Shown: positions 38,801 to 52,000 of the stretch, piece after piece
Numbering within the stretch: the stretch's first letter is position 1
Layout of the letters: each line of letters opens with the position of its first letter
DNA from: Eledone cirrhosa
Lineage: Eukaryota
DNA: 64,000 nucleotides
Direction: 5' to 3'
Assembly (NCBI GenBank): GCA_964016885.1
Contig: OZ024741.1
Location: forward strand, 248,868,001-248,932,000
Program-made: the position numbers and the translations under genes
Notes under the pieces: model-generated
Database searches by the model: none
Told to the model about the DNA's origin: nothing
What the model saw: the letters and a program-made list of their open reading frames with translations, nothing else

Positions 38801-39900
38801 GAGATAATTTCCATCCTTCCAAGGGGAGATAATTTCCAGCCGTCCAAGGGGAGATAATTTCCCGCCAGCCAAGGAGAGATAACATTTAAAAAAATCAGGC
38901 GGAGATAATTTGTAAAAAAAATCAGGGGGAGATAATTTGTAAAAAAATCAGGGGGAGATAATTTGTAAAAAAAATCAGGGGTAGATAATTTCCAGCCGTC
39001 CAAGGGGAGATAATTTCCATCCTTCCAAGGGGAGATAATTTCCAGCCGTCCAAGGGGAGATAATTTCCCGCCAGCCAAGGAGAGATAATATTTAAAAAAA
39101 TCAGGCGGAGATAATTTGTAAAAAAAATCAGGGGGAGATAATTTGTAAAAAAATCAGGGGGAGATAATTTGTAAAAAAAAATCAGGGGGAGATAATTTGT
39201 AAAAAAAATCAGGGGGAGATAATTTGTAAAAAAAAATCAGGGGTAGATAATTTGTAAAAAAAAATCAGGGGGAGATAATTTGTAAAAAAAAATCAGGGGG
39301 AGATAATTTGTAAAAAAATCAAGGGGAGATAATTTCCAGCCGTCCAAGGGGAGATAATTTTCAGCCGTCCAAGGAGAGGTAATTTCTAGCCGTCCAAGGG
39401 GAGATAATTTCCAGCCGTCCAAGGGGAGATAATTTTTTTAAAAAAATCAGGCGGAGATAATTTGTAAACAAAAATCAGGGGGAGAGAATTTGTAAAAAAA
39501 AATCAGGGGGAGATAATTTGTAAAAAAAAATCAGGGGGAGATAATTTGTAAAAAAAATCAAGGGGAGATAATTTCCAGCCGTCCAAGGGGAGGTAATATC
39601 TAGCCATCCAAGGGGAGATAATTTCCAGCCGTCCAAGGGGAGATAATTTCCAGCCGTCCAAGGGGAGATAATATCCAGCCGTCCAAGGAGACATATTTTC
39701 CAGCCGTCCAAGGAGACGTAATTTCTAGCCGTCGAAGGGGAGATAAGTTCCAGCCTCCAAGGGGAGATAATTTCCAGCCAGCCAAGGGGAGATAATTTGT
39801 AAAAAAATTAGGGGGAGATAATTTGTAAAAAAAAATTAGGGGGAGATAATTTGTAAAAAAAAATCAGGGGGAGATAATTTGTAAAAAAAAATCAGGGGGA
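33900..39900 (+). repeat. Dispersed copy of about 9600-13020 (offset about 24290-24340) and about 16660-21900 (offset 18016, then 17962)
   Basis: ORF offsets 10524/34814, 17661/35677, 19259/37275 and 21513/39475. Shared variants CCTAGG, TAACATCTAG, CCGTCTAAG, TCTTGCC and GTCGAAGGGG (about 21771/39733). Confidence 0.88.
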
Positions 39901-40029
39901 GATAATTTGTAAAAAAAATCAAGGGGAGATAATTTCCAGCCGTCCAAGGGGAGATAATTTTCAGCCGTCCAAGGAGAGGTAAATTGTAGCCGTCCAAGGA
40001 GATATAATTTCCAGCCGTCCAAGGGGAGA

Positions 40030-43000
40030 TAATTTCCAGCCGTCCAAGGGGAGATAATTTTTAAAAAAAAATCAGGCGGAGATAATTTGTAAACAAAAAT
40101 CAGGGGGAGATAATTTTTAAAAAAAAATCAGGGGGAGATAATTTGTAAAAAAAAATCAGGGGGAGATAATTTGTAAAAAAAATCAAGGGGAGATAATTTC
40201 CAGCCGTCCAAGGGGAGGTAATATCTAGCCATCCAAGGGGAGATAATTTCCAGCCGTCCAAGGGGAGATAATTTCCAGCCGTACAAGGGGAGATAATATC
40301 CAGCCGTCCAAGGAGACATATTTTCCAGCCGTCCAAGGAGAGGTAATTTCTAGCCGTCCAAGGGGAGATAAGTTCCAGCCTCCAAGGGGAGATAATTTCC
40401 AGCCAGCCAAGGGGAGATAATTTGTAAAAAAATCAGGGGGGAGATAATTTGTAAAAAAAATCAGGGGGAGATAATTTGAAAAAAAAATCAGGGGGAGATA
40501 ATTTGTAAAAAATATCAAGGGGAGATAATTTCCAGCCCTCCAAGGGGCTATAATTTCCAGCCGTGCAAGGGGAGATAATTTCCAGCCGTCCAAGGGGAGA
40601 TAATTTCCATCCTTCCAAGGGGAGATAATTTCCAGCCGTCCAAGGGGAGATAATTTCCCGCCAGCCAAGGGAAGATAATTTTTTAAAAAATCAGGCGGAG
40701 ATTGTAAAAAAAATCAGGGGGAGATAATTTGTAAAAAAATCAGGGGGAGATAATTTGTAAAAAAAAAATCAGGGGGAGATAATTTGTAAAAAAAAATCAG
40801 GGGGAGATAATTTGTAAAAAAAATCAGGGGTGATAATTTGTAAAAAAAATCAGGGGTAGATAATTTGTAAAAAAAATCAGGGGGAGATAATTTGTAAAAA
40901 AAGTCAGGGGGAGATAATTTGTAAAAAAAATCAGGGGTAGATAATTTTCAGCCGTCCAAGGGGAGATAATTTCCATCCTTCCAAGGGGAGATAATTTCCA
41001 GCCGTCCAAGGGGAGATAATTTCCCGCCAGCCAAGGAGAGATAACATTTAAAAAAATCAGGCGGAGATAATTTGTAAAAAAATCAGGGGGAGATAATTTG
41101 TAAAAAAAATCAGGGGTAGATAATTTTCAGCCGTCCAAGGGGAGATAATTTCCATCCTTCCAAGGGGAGATAATTTCCAGCCGTCCAAGGGGAGATAATT
41201 TCCCGCCAGCCAAGGAGAGATAACATTTAAAAAAATCAGGGGGAGATAATTTGTAAAAAAAAATCAGGGGGAGATAATTCGTAAAAAAAATCAGGGGGAG
41301 ATAATTTGTAAAAAAAAATCAGGGGTAGATAATTTGTAAAAAAAAATCAGGGGGAGATAATTTGTAAAAAAAAAATCAGGGGGAGATAATTTGTAAAAAA
41401 ATCAAGGGGAGATAATTTCCAGCCGTCCAAGGGGAGATAATTTTCAGCCGTCCAAGGAGAGGTAATTTCTAGCCGTCCAAGGGGAGATAATTTCCAGCCG
41501 TCCAAGGGGAGATAATTTTTTTAAAAAAATCAGGCGGAGATAATTTGTAAACAAAAATCAGGGGGAGATAATTTGTAAAAAAAAATCAGGGGGAGATAAT
41601 TTGTAAAAAAAAATCAGGGGGAGATAATTTGTAAAAAAAATCAAGGGGAGATAATTTGTAAAAAAAAATCAGGGGTAGATAATTTGTAAAAAAAAATCAG
41701 GGGGAGATAATTTGTAAAAAAAAAATCAGGGGGAGATAATTTGTAAAAAAATCAAGGGGAGATAATTTCCAGCCGTCCAAGGGGAGATAATTTTCAGCCG
41801 TCCAAGGAGAGGTAATTTCTAGCCGTCCAAGGGGAGATAATTTCCAGCCAGCCAAGGGGAGATAATTTGTAAAAAAATCAGGGGTAGATAATTTGTAAAA
41901 AAAAATCAGGGGGAGATAATTTGTAAAAAAAATCAGGGGGAGATAATTTGTAAAAAAAATCAGGGGGAGATAATTTGTAAAAAAAATCAGGGGTAGATAA
42001 TTTTCAGCCGTCCAAGGGGAGATAATTTCCATCCTTCCAAGGGGAGATAATTTCCAGCCGTCCAAGGGGAGATAATTTCCCGCCAGCCAAGGAGAGATAA
42101 CATTTAAAAAAATCAGGCGGAGATAATTTGTAAAAAAAATCAGGGGGAGATAATTTGTAAAAAAATCAGGGGGAGATAATTTGTAAAAAAAATCAGGGGT
42201 AGATAATTTCCAGCCGTCCAAGGGGAGATAATTTCCATCCTTCCAAGGGGAGATAATTTCCAGCCGTCCAAGGGGAGATAATTTCCCGCCAGCCAAGGAG
42301 AGATAATATTTAAAAAAATCAGGCGGAGATAATTTGTAAAAAAAATCAGGGGGAGATAATTTGTAAAAAAATCAGGGGGAGATAATTTGTAAAAAAAATC
42401 AGGGGGAGATAATTTGTAAAAAAAATCAGGGGGAGATAATTTGTAAAAAAAATCAGGGGTAGATAATTTGTAAAAAAAAATCAGGGGGAGATAATTTGTA
42501 AAAAAAAAATCAGGGGGAGATAATTTGTAAAAAAATCAAGGGGAGATAATTTCCAGCCGTCCAAGGGGAGATAATTTTCAGCCGTCCAAGGAGAGGTAAT
42601 TTCTAGCCGTCCAAGGGGAGATAATTTCCAGCCGTCCAAGGGGAGATAATTTTTTAAAAAAAATCAGGCGGAGATAATTTGTAAACAAAAATCAGGGGGA
42701 GATAATTTGTAAAAAAAAATCAGGGGGAGATAATTTGTAAAAAAAAATCAGGGGGAGATAATTTGTAAAAAAAATCAAGGGGAGATAATTTCCAGCCGTC
42801 CAAGGGGAGGTAATATCTAGCCATCCAAGGGGAGATAATTTCCAGCCGTCCAAGGGGAGATAATTTCCAGCCGTCCAAGGGGAGATAATATCCAGCCGTC
42901 CAAGGAGACATATTTTCCAGCCGACCAAGGAGAGGTAATTTCTAGCCGTCCAAGGGGAGATAAGTTCCAGCCTCCAAGGGGAGATAATTTCCAGCCAGCC

Positions 43001-46000
43001 AAGGGGAGATAATTTGTAAAAAAATCAGGGGGAGATAATTTGTAAAAAAAAAATCAGGGGGAGATAATTTGTAAAAAAATCAGGGGGAGATAATTTGTAA
43101 AAAAAAAATCAGGGGGAGATAATTTGTAAAAAAAATCAGGGGGAGATAATTTGTAAAAAAAATCAGGGGTAGATAATTTGTAAAAAAAATCAGGGGGAGA
43201 TAATTTGTAAAAAAAATCAGGGGGAGATAATTTGTAAAAAAAATCAGGGGTAGATAATTTTCAGCCGTCCAAGGGGAGATAATTTCCATCCTTCCAAGGG
43301 GAGATAATTTCCAGCCGTCCAAGGGGAGATAATTTCCCGCCAGCCAAGGAGAGATAACATTTAAAAAAATCAGGCGGAGATAATTTGTAAAAAAAATCAG
43401 GGGGAGATAATTTGTAAAAAAATCAGGGGGAGATAATTTGTAAAAAAAATCAGGGGTAGATAATTTCCAGCCGTCCAAGGGGAGATAATTTCCATCCTTC
43501 CAAGGGGAGATAATTTCCAGCCGTCCAAGGGGAGATAATTTCCCGCCAGCCAAGGAGAGATAATATTTAAAAAAATCAGGCGGAGATAATTTGTAAAAAA
43601 AATCAGGGGGAGATAATTTGTAAAAAAATCAGGGGGAGATAATTTGTAAAAAAAAATCAGGGGGAGATAATTCGTAAAAAAAATCAGGGGGAGATAATTT
43701 GTAAAAAAAAATCAGGGGTAGATAATTTGTAAAAAAAAATCAGGGGGAGATAATTTGTAAAAAAAAAATCAGGGGGAGATAATTTGTAAAAAAATCAAGG
43801 GGAGATAATTTCCAGCCGTCCAAGGGGAGATAATTTTCAGCCGTCCAAGGAGAGGTAATTTCTAGCCGTCCAAGGGGAGATAATTTCCAGCCGTCCAAGG
43901 GGAGATAATTTTTTTAAAAAAATCAGGCGGAGATAATTTGTAAACAAAAATCAGGGGGAGATAATTTGTAAAAAAAAATCAGGGGGAGATAATTTGTAAA
44001 AAAAAATCAGGGGGAGATAATTTGTAAAAAAAATCAAGGGGAGATAATTTGTAAAAAAAAATCAGGGGTAGATAATTTGTAAAAAAAAATCAGGGGGAGA
44101 TAATTTGTAAAAAAAAAATCAGGGGGAGATAATTTGTAAAAAAATCAAGGGGAGATAATTTCCAGCCGTCCAAGGGGAGATAATTTTCAGCCGTCCAAGG
44201 AGAGGTAATTTCTAGCCGTCCAAGGGGAGATAATTTCCAGCCAGCCAAGGGGAGATAATTTGTAAAAAAATCAGGGGTAGATAATTTGTAAAAAAAAATC
44301 AGGGGGAGATAATTTGTAAAAAAAATCAGGGGGAGATAATTTGTAAAAAAAATCAGGGGGAGATAATTTGTAAAAAAAATCAGGGGTAGATAATTTTCAG
44401 CCGTCCAAGGGGAGATAATTTCCATCCTTCCAAGGGGAGATAATTTCCAGCCGTCCAAGGGGAGATAATTTCCCGCCAGCCAAGGAGAGATAACATTTAA
44501 AAAAATCAGGCGGAGATAATTTGTAAAAAAAATCAGGGGGAGATAATTTGTAAAAAAATCAGGGGGAGATAATTTGTAAAAAAAATCAGGGGTAGATAAT
44601 TTCCAGCCGTCCAAGGGGAGATAATTTCCATCCTTCCAAGGGGAGATAATTTCCAGCCGTCCAAGGGGAGATAATTTCCCGCCAGCCAAGGAGAGATAAT
44701 ATTTAAAAAAATCAGGCGGAGATAATTTGTAAAAAAAATCAGGGGGAGATAATTTGTAAAAAAATCAGGGGGAGATAATTTGTAAAAAAAATCAGGGGGA
44801 GATAATTTGTAAAAAAAATCAGGGGGAGATAATTTGTAAAAAAAATCAGGGGTAGATAATTTGTAAAAAAAAATCAGGGGGAGATAATTTGTAAAAAAAA
44901 AATCAGGGGGAGATAATTTGTAAAAAAATCAAGGGGAGATAATTTCCAGCCGTCCAAGGGGAGATAATTTTCAGCCGTCCAAGGAGAGGTAATTTCTAGC
45001 CGTCCAAGGGGAGATAATTTCCAGCCGTCCAAGGGGAGATAATTTTTTAAAAAAAATCAGGCGGAGATAATTTGTAAACAAAAATCAGGGGGAGATAATT
45101 TGTAAAAAAAAATCAGGGGGAGATAATTTGTAAAAAAAAATCAGGGGGAGATAATTTGTAAAAAAAATCAAGGGGAGATAATTTCCAGCCGTCCAAGGGG
45201 AGGTAATATCTAGCCATCCAAGGGGAGATAATTTCCAGCCGTCCAAGGGGAGATAATTTCCAGCCGTCCAAGGGGAGATAATATCCAGCCGTCCAAGGAG
45301 ACATATTTTCCAGCCGACCAAGGAGAGGTAATTTCTAGCCGTCCAAGGGGAGATAAGTTCCAGCCTCCAAGGGGAGATAATTTCCAGCCAGCCAAGGGGA
45401 GATAATTTGTAAAAAAATCAGGGGGAGATAATTTGTAAAAAAAAAATCAGGGGGAGATAATTTGTAAAAAAATCAGGGGGAGATAATTTGTAAAAAAAAA
45501 ATCAGGGGGAGATAATTTGTAAAAAAAATCAGGGGGAGATAATTTGTAAAAAAAATCAGGGGTAGATAATTTGTAAAAAAAATCAGGGGGAGATAATTTG
45601 TAAAAAAAATCAGGGGGAGATAATTTGTAAAAAAAATCAGGGGTAGATAATTTTCAGCCGTCCAAGGGGAGATAATTTCCATCCTTCCAAGGGGAGATAA
45701 TTTCCAGCCGTCCAAGGGGAGATAATTTCCCGCCAGCCAAGGAGAGATAACATTTAAAAAAATCAGGCGGAGATAATTTGTAAAAAAAATCAGGGGGAGA
45801 TAATTTGTAAAAAAATCAGGGGGAGATAATTTGTAAAAAAAATCAGGGGTAGATAATTTCCAGCCGTCCAAGGGGAGATAATTTCCATCCTTCCAAGGGG
45901 AGATAATTTCCAGCCGTCCAAGGGGAGATAATTTCCCGCCAGCCAAGGAGAGATAATATTTAAAAAAATCAGGCGGAGATAATTTGTAAAAAAAATCAGG

Positions 46001-49000
46001 GGGAGATAATTTGTAAAAAAATCAGGGGGAGATAATTTGTAAAAAAAAATCAGGGGTAGATAATTTGTAAAAAAAAATCAGGGGGAGATAATTTGTAAAA
46101 AAAAATCAGGGGGAGATAATTTGTAAAAAAATCAAGGGGAGATAATTTCCAGCCGTCCAAGGGGAGATAATTTTCAGCCGTCCAAGGAGAGGTAATTTCT
46201 AGCCGTCCAAGGGGAGATAATTTCCAGCCGTCCAAGGGGAGATAATTTTTTTAAAAAAATCAGGCGGAGATAATTTGTAAACAAAAATCAGGGGGAGAGA
46301 ATTTGTAAAAAAAAATCAGGGGGAGATAATTTGTAAAAAAATCAAGGGGAGATAATTTCCAGCCGTCCAAGGGGAGATAATTTTCAGCCGTCCAAGGAGA
46401 GGTAATTTCTAGCCGTCCAAGGGGAGATAATTTCCAGCCGTCCAAGGGGAGATAATTTTTTTAAAAAAATCAGGCGTAGATAATTTGTAAACAAAAATCA
46501 GGGGGAGATAATTTGTAAAAAAAAATCAGGGGGAGATAATTTGTAAAAAAAAATCAGGGGGAGATAATTTGTAAAAAAAATCAAGGGGAGATAATTTGTA
46601 AAAAAAAATCAGGGGTAGATAATTTGTAAAAAAAAATCAGGGGGAGATAATTTGTAAAAAAAAAATCAGGGGGAGATAATTTGTAAAAAAATCAAGGGGA
46701 GATAATTTCCAGCCGTCCAAGGGGAGATAATTTTCAGCCGTCCAAGGAGAGGTAATTTCTAGCCGTCCAAGGGGAGATAATTTCCAGCCAGCCAAGGGGA
46801 GATAATTTGTAAAAAAATCAGGGGTAGATAATTTGTAAAAAAAAATCAGGGGGAGATAATTTGTAAAAAAAATCAGGGGGAGATAATTTGTAAAAAAAAT
46901 CAGGGGGAGATAATTTGTAAAAAAAATCAGGGGTAGATAATTTTCAGCCGTCCAAGGGGAGATAATTTCCATCCTTCCAAGGGGAGATAATTTCCAGCCG
47001 TCCAAGGGGAGATAATTTCCCGCCAGCCAAGGAGAGATAACATTTAAAAAAATCAGGCGGAGATAATTTGTAAAAAAAATCAGGGGGAGATAATTTGTAA
47101 AAAAATCAGGGGGAGATAATTTGTAAAGAAAATCAGGGGTAGATAATTTCCAGCCGTCCAAGGGGAGATAATTTCCATCCTTCCAAGGGGAGATAATTTC
47201 CAGCCGTCCAAGGGGAGATAATTTCCCGCCAGCCAAGGAGAGATAATATTTAAAAAAATCAGGCGGAGATAATTTGTAAAAAAAATCAGGGGGAGATAAT
47301 TTGTAAAAAAATCAGGGGGAGATAATTTGTAAAAAAAAATCAGGGGGAGATAATTTGTAAAAAAAATCAGGGGGAGATAATTTGTAAAAAAAATCAGGGG
47401 TAGATAATTTGTAAAAAAAAATCAGGGGGAGATAATTTGTAAAAAAAAAATCAGGGGGAGATAATTTGTAAAAAAATCAAGGGGAGATAATTTCCAGCCG
47501 TCCAAGGGGAGATAATTTTCAGCCGTCCAAGGAGAGGTAATTTCTAGCCGTCCAAGGGGAGATAATTTCCAGCCGTCCAAGGGGAGATAATTTTTTTAAA
47601 AAAATCAGGCGGAGATAATTTGTAAACAAAAATCAGGGGGAGATAATTTGTAAAAAAAAATCAGGGGGAGATAATTTGTAAAAAAAAATCAGGGGGAGAT
47701 AATTTATAAAAAAAATCAAGGGGAGATAATTTCCAGCCGTCCAAGGGGAGGTAATATCTAGCCATCCAAGGGGAGATAATTTCCAGCCGTCCAAGGGGAG
47801 ATAATTTCCAGCCGTCCAAGGGGAGATAATATCCAGCCGTCCAAGGAGACATATTTTCCAGCCGACCAAGGAGAGGTAATTTCTAGCCGTCCAAGGGGAG
47901 ATAAGTTCCAGCCTCCAAGGGGAGATAATTTCCAGCCAGCCAAGGGGAGATAATTTGTAAAAAAATCAGGGGGAGATAATTTGTAAAAAAAAAATCAGGG
48001 GGAGATAATTTGTAAAAAAATCAGGGGGAGATAATTTGTAAAAAAAAAATCAGGGGGAGATAATTTGTAAAAAAAATCAGGGGGAGATAATTTGTAAAAA
48101 AAATCAGGGGTAGATAATTTGTAAAAAAAATCAGGGGGAGATAATTTGTAAAAAAAATCAGGGGGAGATAATTTGTAAAAAAAATCAGGGGTAGATAATT
48201 TTCAGCCGTCCAAGGGGAGATAATTTCCATCCTTCCAAGGGGAGATAATTTCCAGCCGTCCAAGGGGAGATAATTTCCCGCCAGCCAAGGAGAGATAACA
48301 TTTAAAAAAATCAGGCGGAGATAATTTGTATAAAAAATCAGGGGGAGATAATTTGTAAAAAAATCAGGGGGAGATAATTTGTAAAAAAAATCAGGGGTAG
48401 ATAATTTCCAGCCGTCCAAGGGGAGATAATTTCCATCCTTCCAAGGGGAGATAATTTCCAGCCGTCCAAGGGGAGATAATTTCCCGCCAGCCAAGGAGAG
48501 ATAATATTTAAAAAAATCAGGCGGAGATAATTTGTAAAAAAAATCAGGGGGAGATAATTTGTAAAAAAATCAGGGGGAGATAATTTGTAAAAAAAAATCA
48601 GGGGGAGATAATTTGTAAAAAAAATCAGGGGTAGATAATTTGTAAAAAAAAATCAGGGGTAGATAATTTGTAAAAAAAAATCAGGGGGAGATAATTTGTA
48701 AAAAAAAATCAGGGGGAGATAATTTGTAAAAAAATCAAGGGGAGATAATTTCCAGCCATCCAAGGGGAGATAATTTTCAGCCGTCCAAGGAGAGGTAATT
48801 TCTAGCCGTCCAAGGGGAGATAATTTCCAGCCGTCCAAGGGGAGATAATTTTTTTAAAAAAATCAGGCGGAGATAATTTGTAAACAAAAATCAGGGGGAG
48901 AGAATTTGTAAAAAAAAATCAGGGGGAGATAATTTGTAAAAAAAAATCAGGGGGAGATAATTTGTAAAAAAAATCAAGGGGAGATAATTTCCAGCCGTCC

Positions 49001-52000
49001 AAGGGGAGATAATTTCCAGCCGTCCAAGGGGAGATAATATCCAGCCGTCCAAGGAGACATATTTTCCAGCCGTCCAAGGAGACGTAATTTCTAGCCGTCC
49101 AAGGGGAGATAAGTTCCAGCCTCCAAGGGGAGATAATTTCCAGCCAGCCAAAGGGAGATAATTTGTAAAAAAATTAGGGGGAGATAATTTGTAAAAAAAA
49201 ATTAGGGGGAGATAATTTGTAAAAAAAAATCAGGGGGAGATAATTCGTAAAAAAAAATCAGGGGGAGATAATTTGTAAAAAAAATCAAGGGGAGATAATT
49301 TCCAGCCGTCCAAGGGGAGATAATTTTCAGCCGTCCAAGGAGAGGTAAATTGTAGCCGTCCAAGGAGATATAATTTCCAGCCGTCCAAGGGGAGATAATT
49401 TCCAGCCGTCCAAGGGGAGATAATTTCCAGCCGTCCAAGGGGAGATAATTTTTAAAAAAAAATCAGGCGGAGATAATTTGTAAACAAAAATCAGGGGGAG
49501 ATAATTTTTAAAAAAAAATCAGGGGGAGATAATTTGTAAAAAAAAATCAGGGGGAGATAATTTGTAAAAAAAATCAAGGGGAGATAATTTCCAGCCGTCC
49601 AAGGGGAGGTAATATCTAGCCATCCAAGGGGAGATAATTTCCAGCCGTCCAAGGGGAGATAATTTCCAGCCGTACAAGGGGAGATAATATCCAGCCGTCC
49701 AAGGAGACATATTTTCCAGCCGTCCAAGGAGAGGTAATTTCTAGCCGTCCAAGGGGAGATAAGTTCCAGCCTCCAAGGGGAGATAATTTCCAGCCAGCCA
49801 AGGGGAGATAATTTGTAAAAAAATCAGGGGGGAGATAATTTGTAAAAAAAATCAGGGGGAGATAATTTGAAAAAAAAATCAGGGGGAGATAATTTGTAAA
49901 AAATATCAAGGGGAGATAATTTCCAGCCCTCCAAGGGGCTATAATTTCCAGCCGTGCAAGGGGAGATAATTTCCAGCCGTCCAAGGGGAGATAATTTCCA
50001 TCCTTCCAAGGGGAGATAATTTCCAGCCGTCCAAGGGGAGATAATTTCCCGCCAGCCAAGGGAAGATAATTTTTTAAAAAATCAGGCGGAGATTGTAAAA
50101 AAAATCAGGGGGAGATAATTTGTAAAAAAATCAGGGGGAGATAATTTGTAAAAAAAAAATCAGGGGGAGATAATTTGTAAAAAAAAATCAGGGGGAGATA
50201 ATTTGTAAAAAAAATCAGGGGTGATAATTTGTAAAAAAAATCAGGGGTAGATAATTTGTAAAAAAAATCAGGGGGAGATAATTTGTAAAAAAAGTCAGGG
50301 GGAGATAATTTGTAAAAAAAATCAGGGGTAGATAATTTTCAGCCGTCCAAGGGGAGATAATTTCCATCCTTCCAAGGGGAGATAATTTCCAGCCGTCCAA
50401 GGGGAGATAATTTCCCGCCAGCCAAGGAGAGATAACATTTAAAAAAATCAGGCGGAGATAATTTGTAAAAAAATCAGGGGGAGATAATTTGTAAAAAAAA
50501 TCAGGGGTAGATAATTTTCAGCCGTCCAAGGGGAGATAATTTCCATCCTTCCAAGGGGAGATAATTTCCAGCCGTCCAAGGGGAGATAATTTCCCGCCAG
50601 CCAAGGAGAGATAACATTTAAAAAAATCAGGGGGAGATAATTTGTAAAAAAAAATCAGGGGGAGATAATTCGTAAAAAAAATCAGGGGGAGATAATTTGT
50701 AAAAAAAAATCAGGGGTAGATAATTTGTAAAAAAAAATCAGGGGGAGATAATTTGTAAAAAAAAAATCAGGGGGAGATAATTTGTAAAAAAATCAAGGGG
50801 AGATAATTTCCAGCCGTCCAAGGGGAGATAATTTTCAGCCGTCCAAGGAGAGGTAATTTCTAGCCGTCCAAGGGGAGATAATTTCCAGCCGTCCAAGGGG
50901 AGATAATTTTTTTAAAAAAATCAGGCGGAGATAATTTGTAAACAAAAATCAGGGGGAGATAATTTGTAAAAAAAAATCAGGGGGAGATAATTTGTAAAAA
51001 AAAATCAGGGGGAGATAATTTGTAAAAAAAATCAAGGGGAGATAATTTGTAAAAAAAAATCAGGGGTAGATAATTTGTAAAAAAAAATCAGGGGGAGATA
51101 ATTTGTAAAAAAAAAATCAGGGGGAGATAATTTGTAAAAAAATCAAGGGGAGATAATTTCCAGCCGTCCAAGGGGAGATAATTTTCAGCCGTCCAAGGAG
51201 AGGTAATTTCTAGCCGTCCAAGGGGAGATAATTTCCAGCCAGCCAAGGGGAGATAATTTGTAAAAAAATCAGGGGTAGATAATTTGTAAAAAAAAATCAG
51301 GGGGAGATAATTTGTAAAAAAAATCAGGGGGAGATAATTTGTAAAAAAAATCAGGGGGAGATAATTTGTAAAAAAAATCAGGGGTAGATAATTTTCAGCC
51401 GTCCAAGGGGAGATAATTTCCATCCTTCCAAGGGGAGATAATTTCCAGCCGTCCAAGGGGAGATAATTTCCCGCCAGCCAAGGAGAGATAACATTTAAAA
51501 AAATCAGGCGGAGATAATTTGTAAAAAAAATCAGGGGGAGATAATTTGTAAAAAAATCAGGGGGAGATAATTTGTAAAAAAAATCAGGGGTAGATAATTT
51601 CCAGCCGTCCAAGGGGAGATAATTTCCATCCTTCCAAGGGGAGATAATTTCCAGCCGTCCAAGGGGAGATAATTTCCCGCCAGCCAAGGAGAGATAATAT
51701 TTAAAAAAATCAGGCGGAGATAATTTGTAAAAAAAATCAGGGGGAGATAATTTGTAAAAAAATCAGGGGGAGATAATTTGTAAAAAAAATCAGGGGGAGA
51801 TAATTTGTAAAAAAAATCAGGGGGAGATAATTTGTAAAAAAAATCAGGGGTAGATAATTTGTAAAAAAAAATCAGGGGGAGATAATTTGTAAAAAAAAAA
51901 TCAGGGGGAGATAATTTGTAAAAAAATCAAGGGGAGATAATTTCCAGCCGTCCAAGGGGAGATAATTTTCAGCCGTCCAAGGAGAGGTAATTTCTAGCCG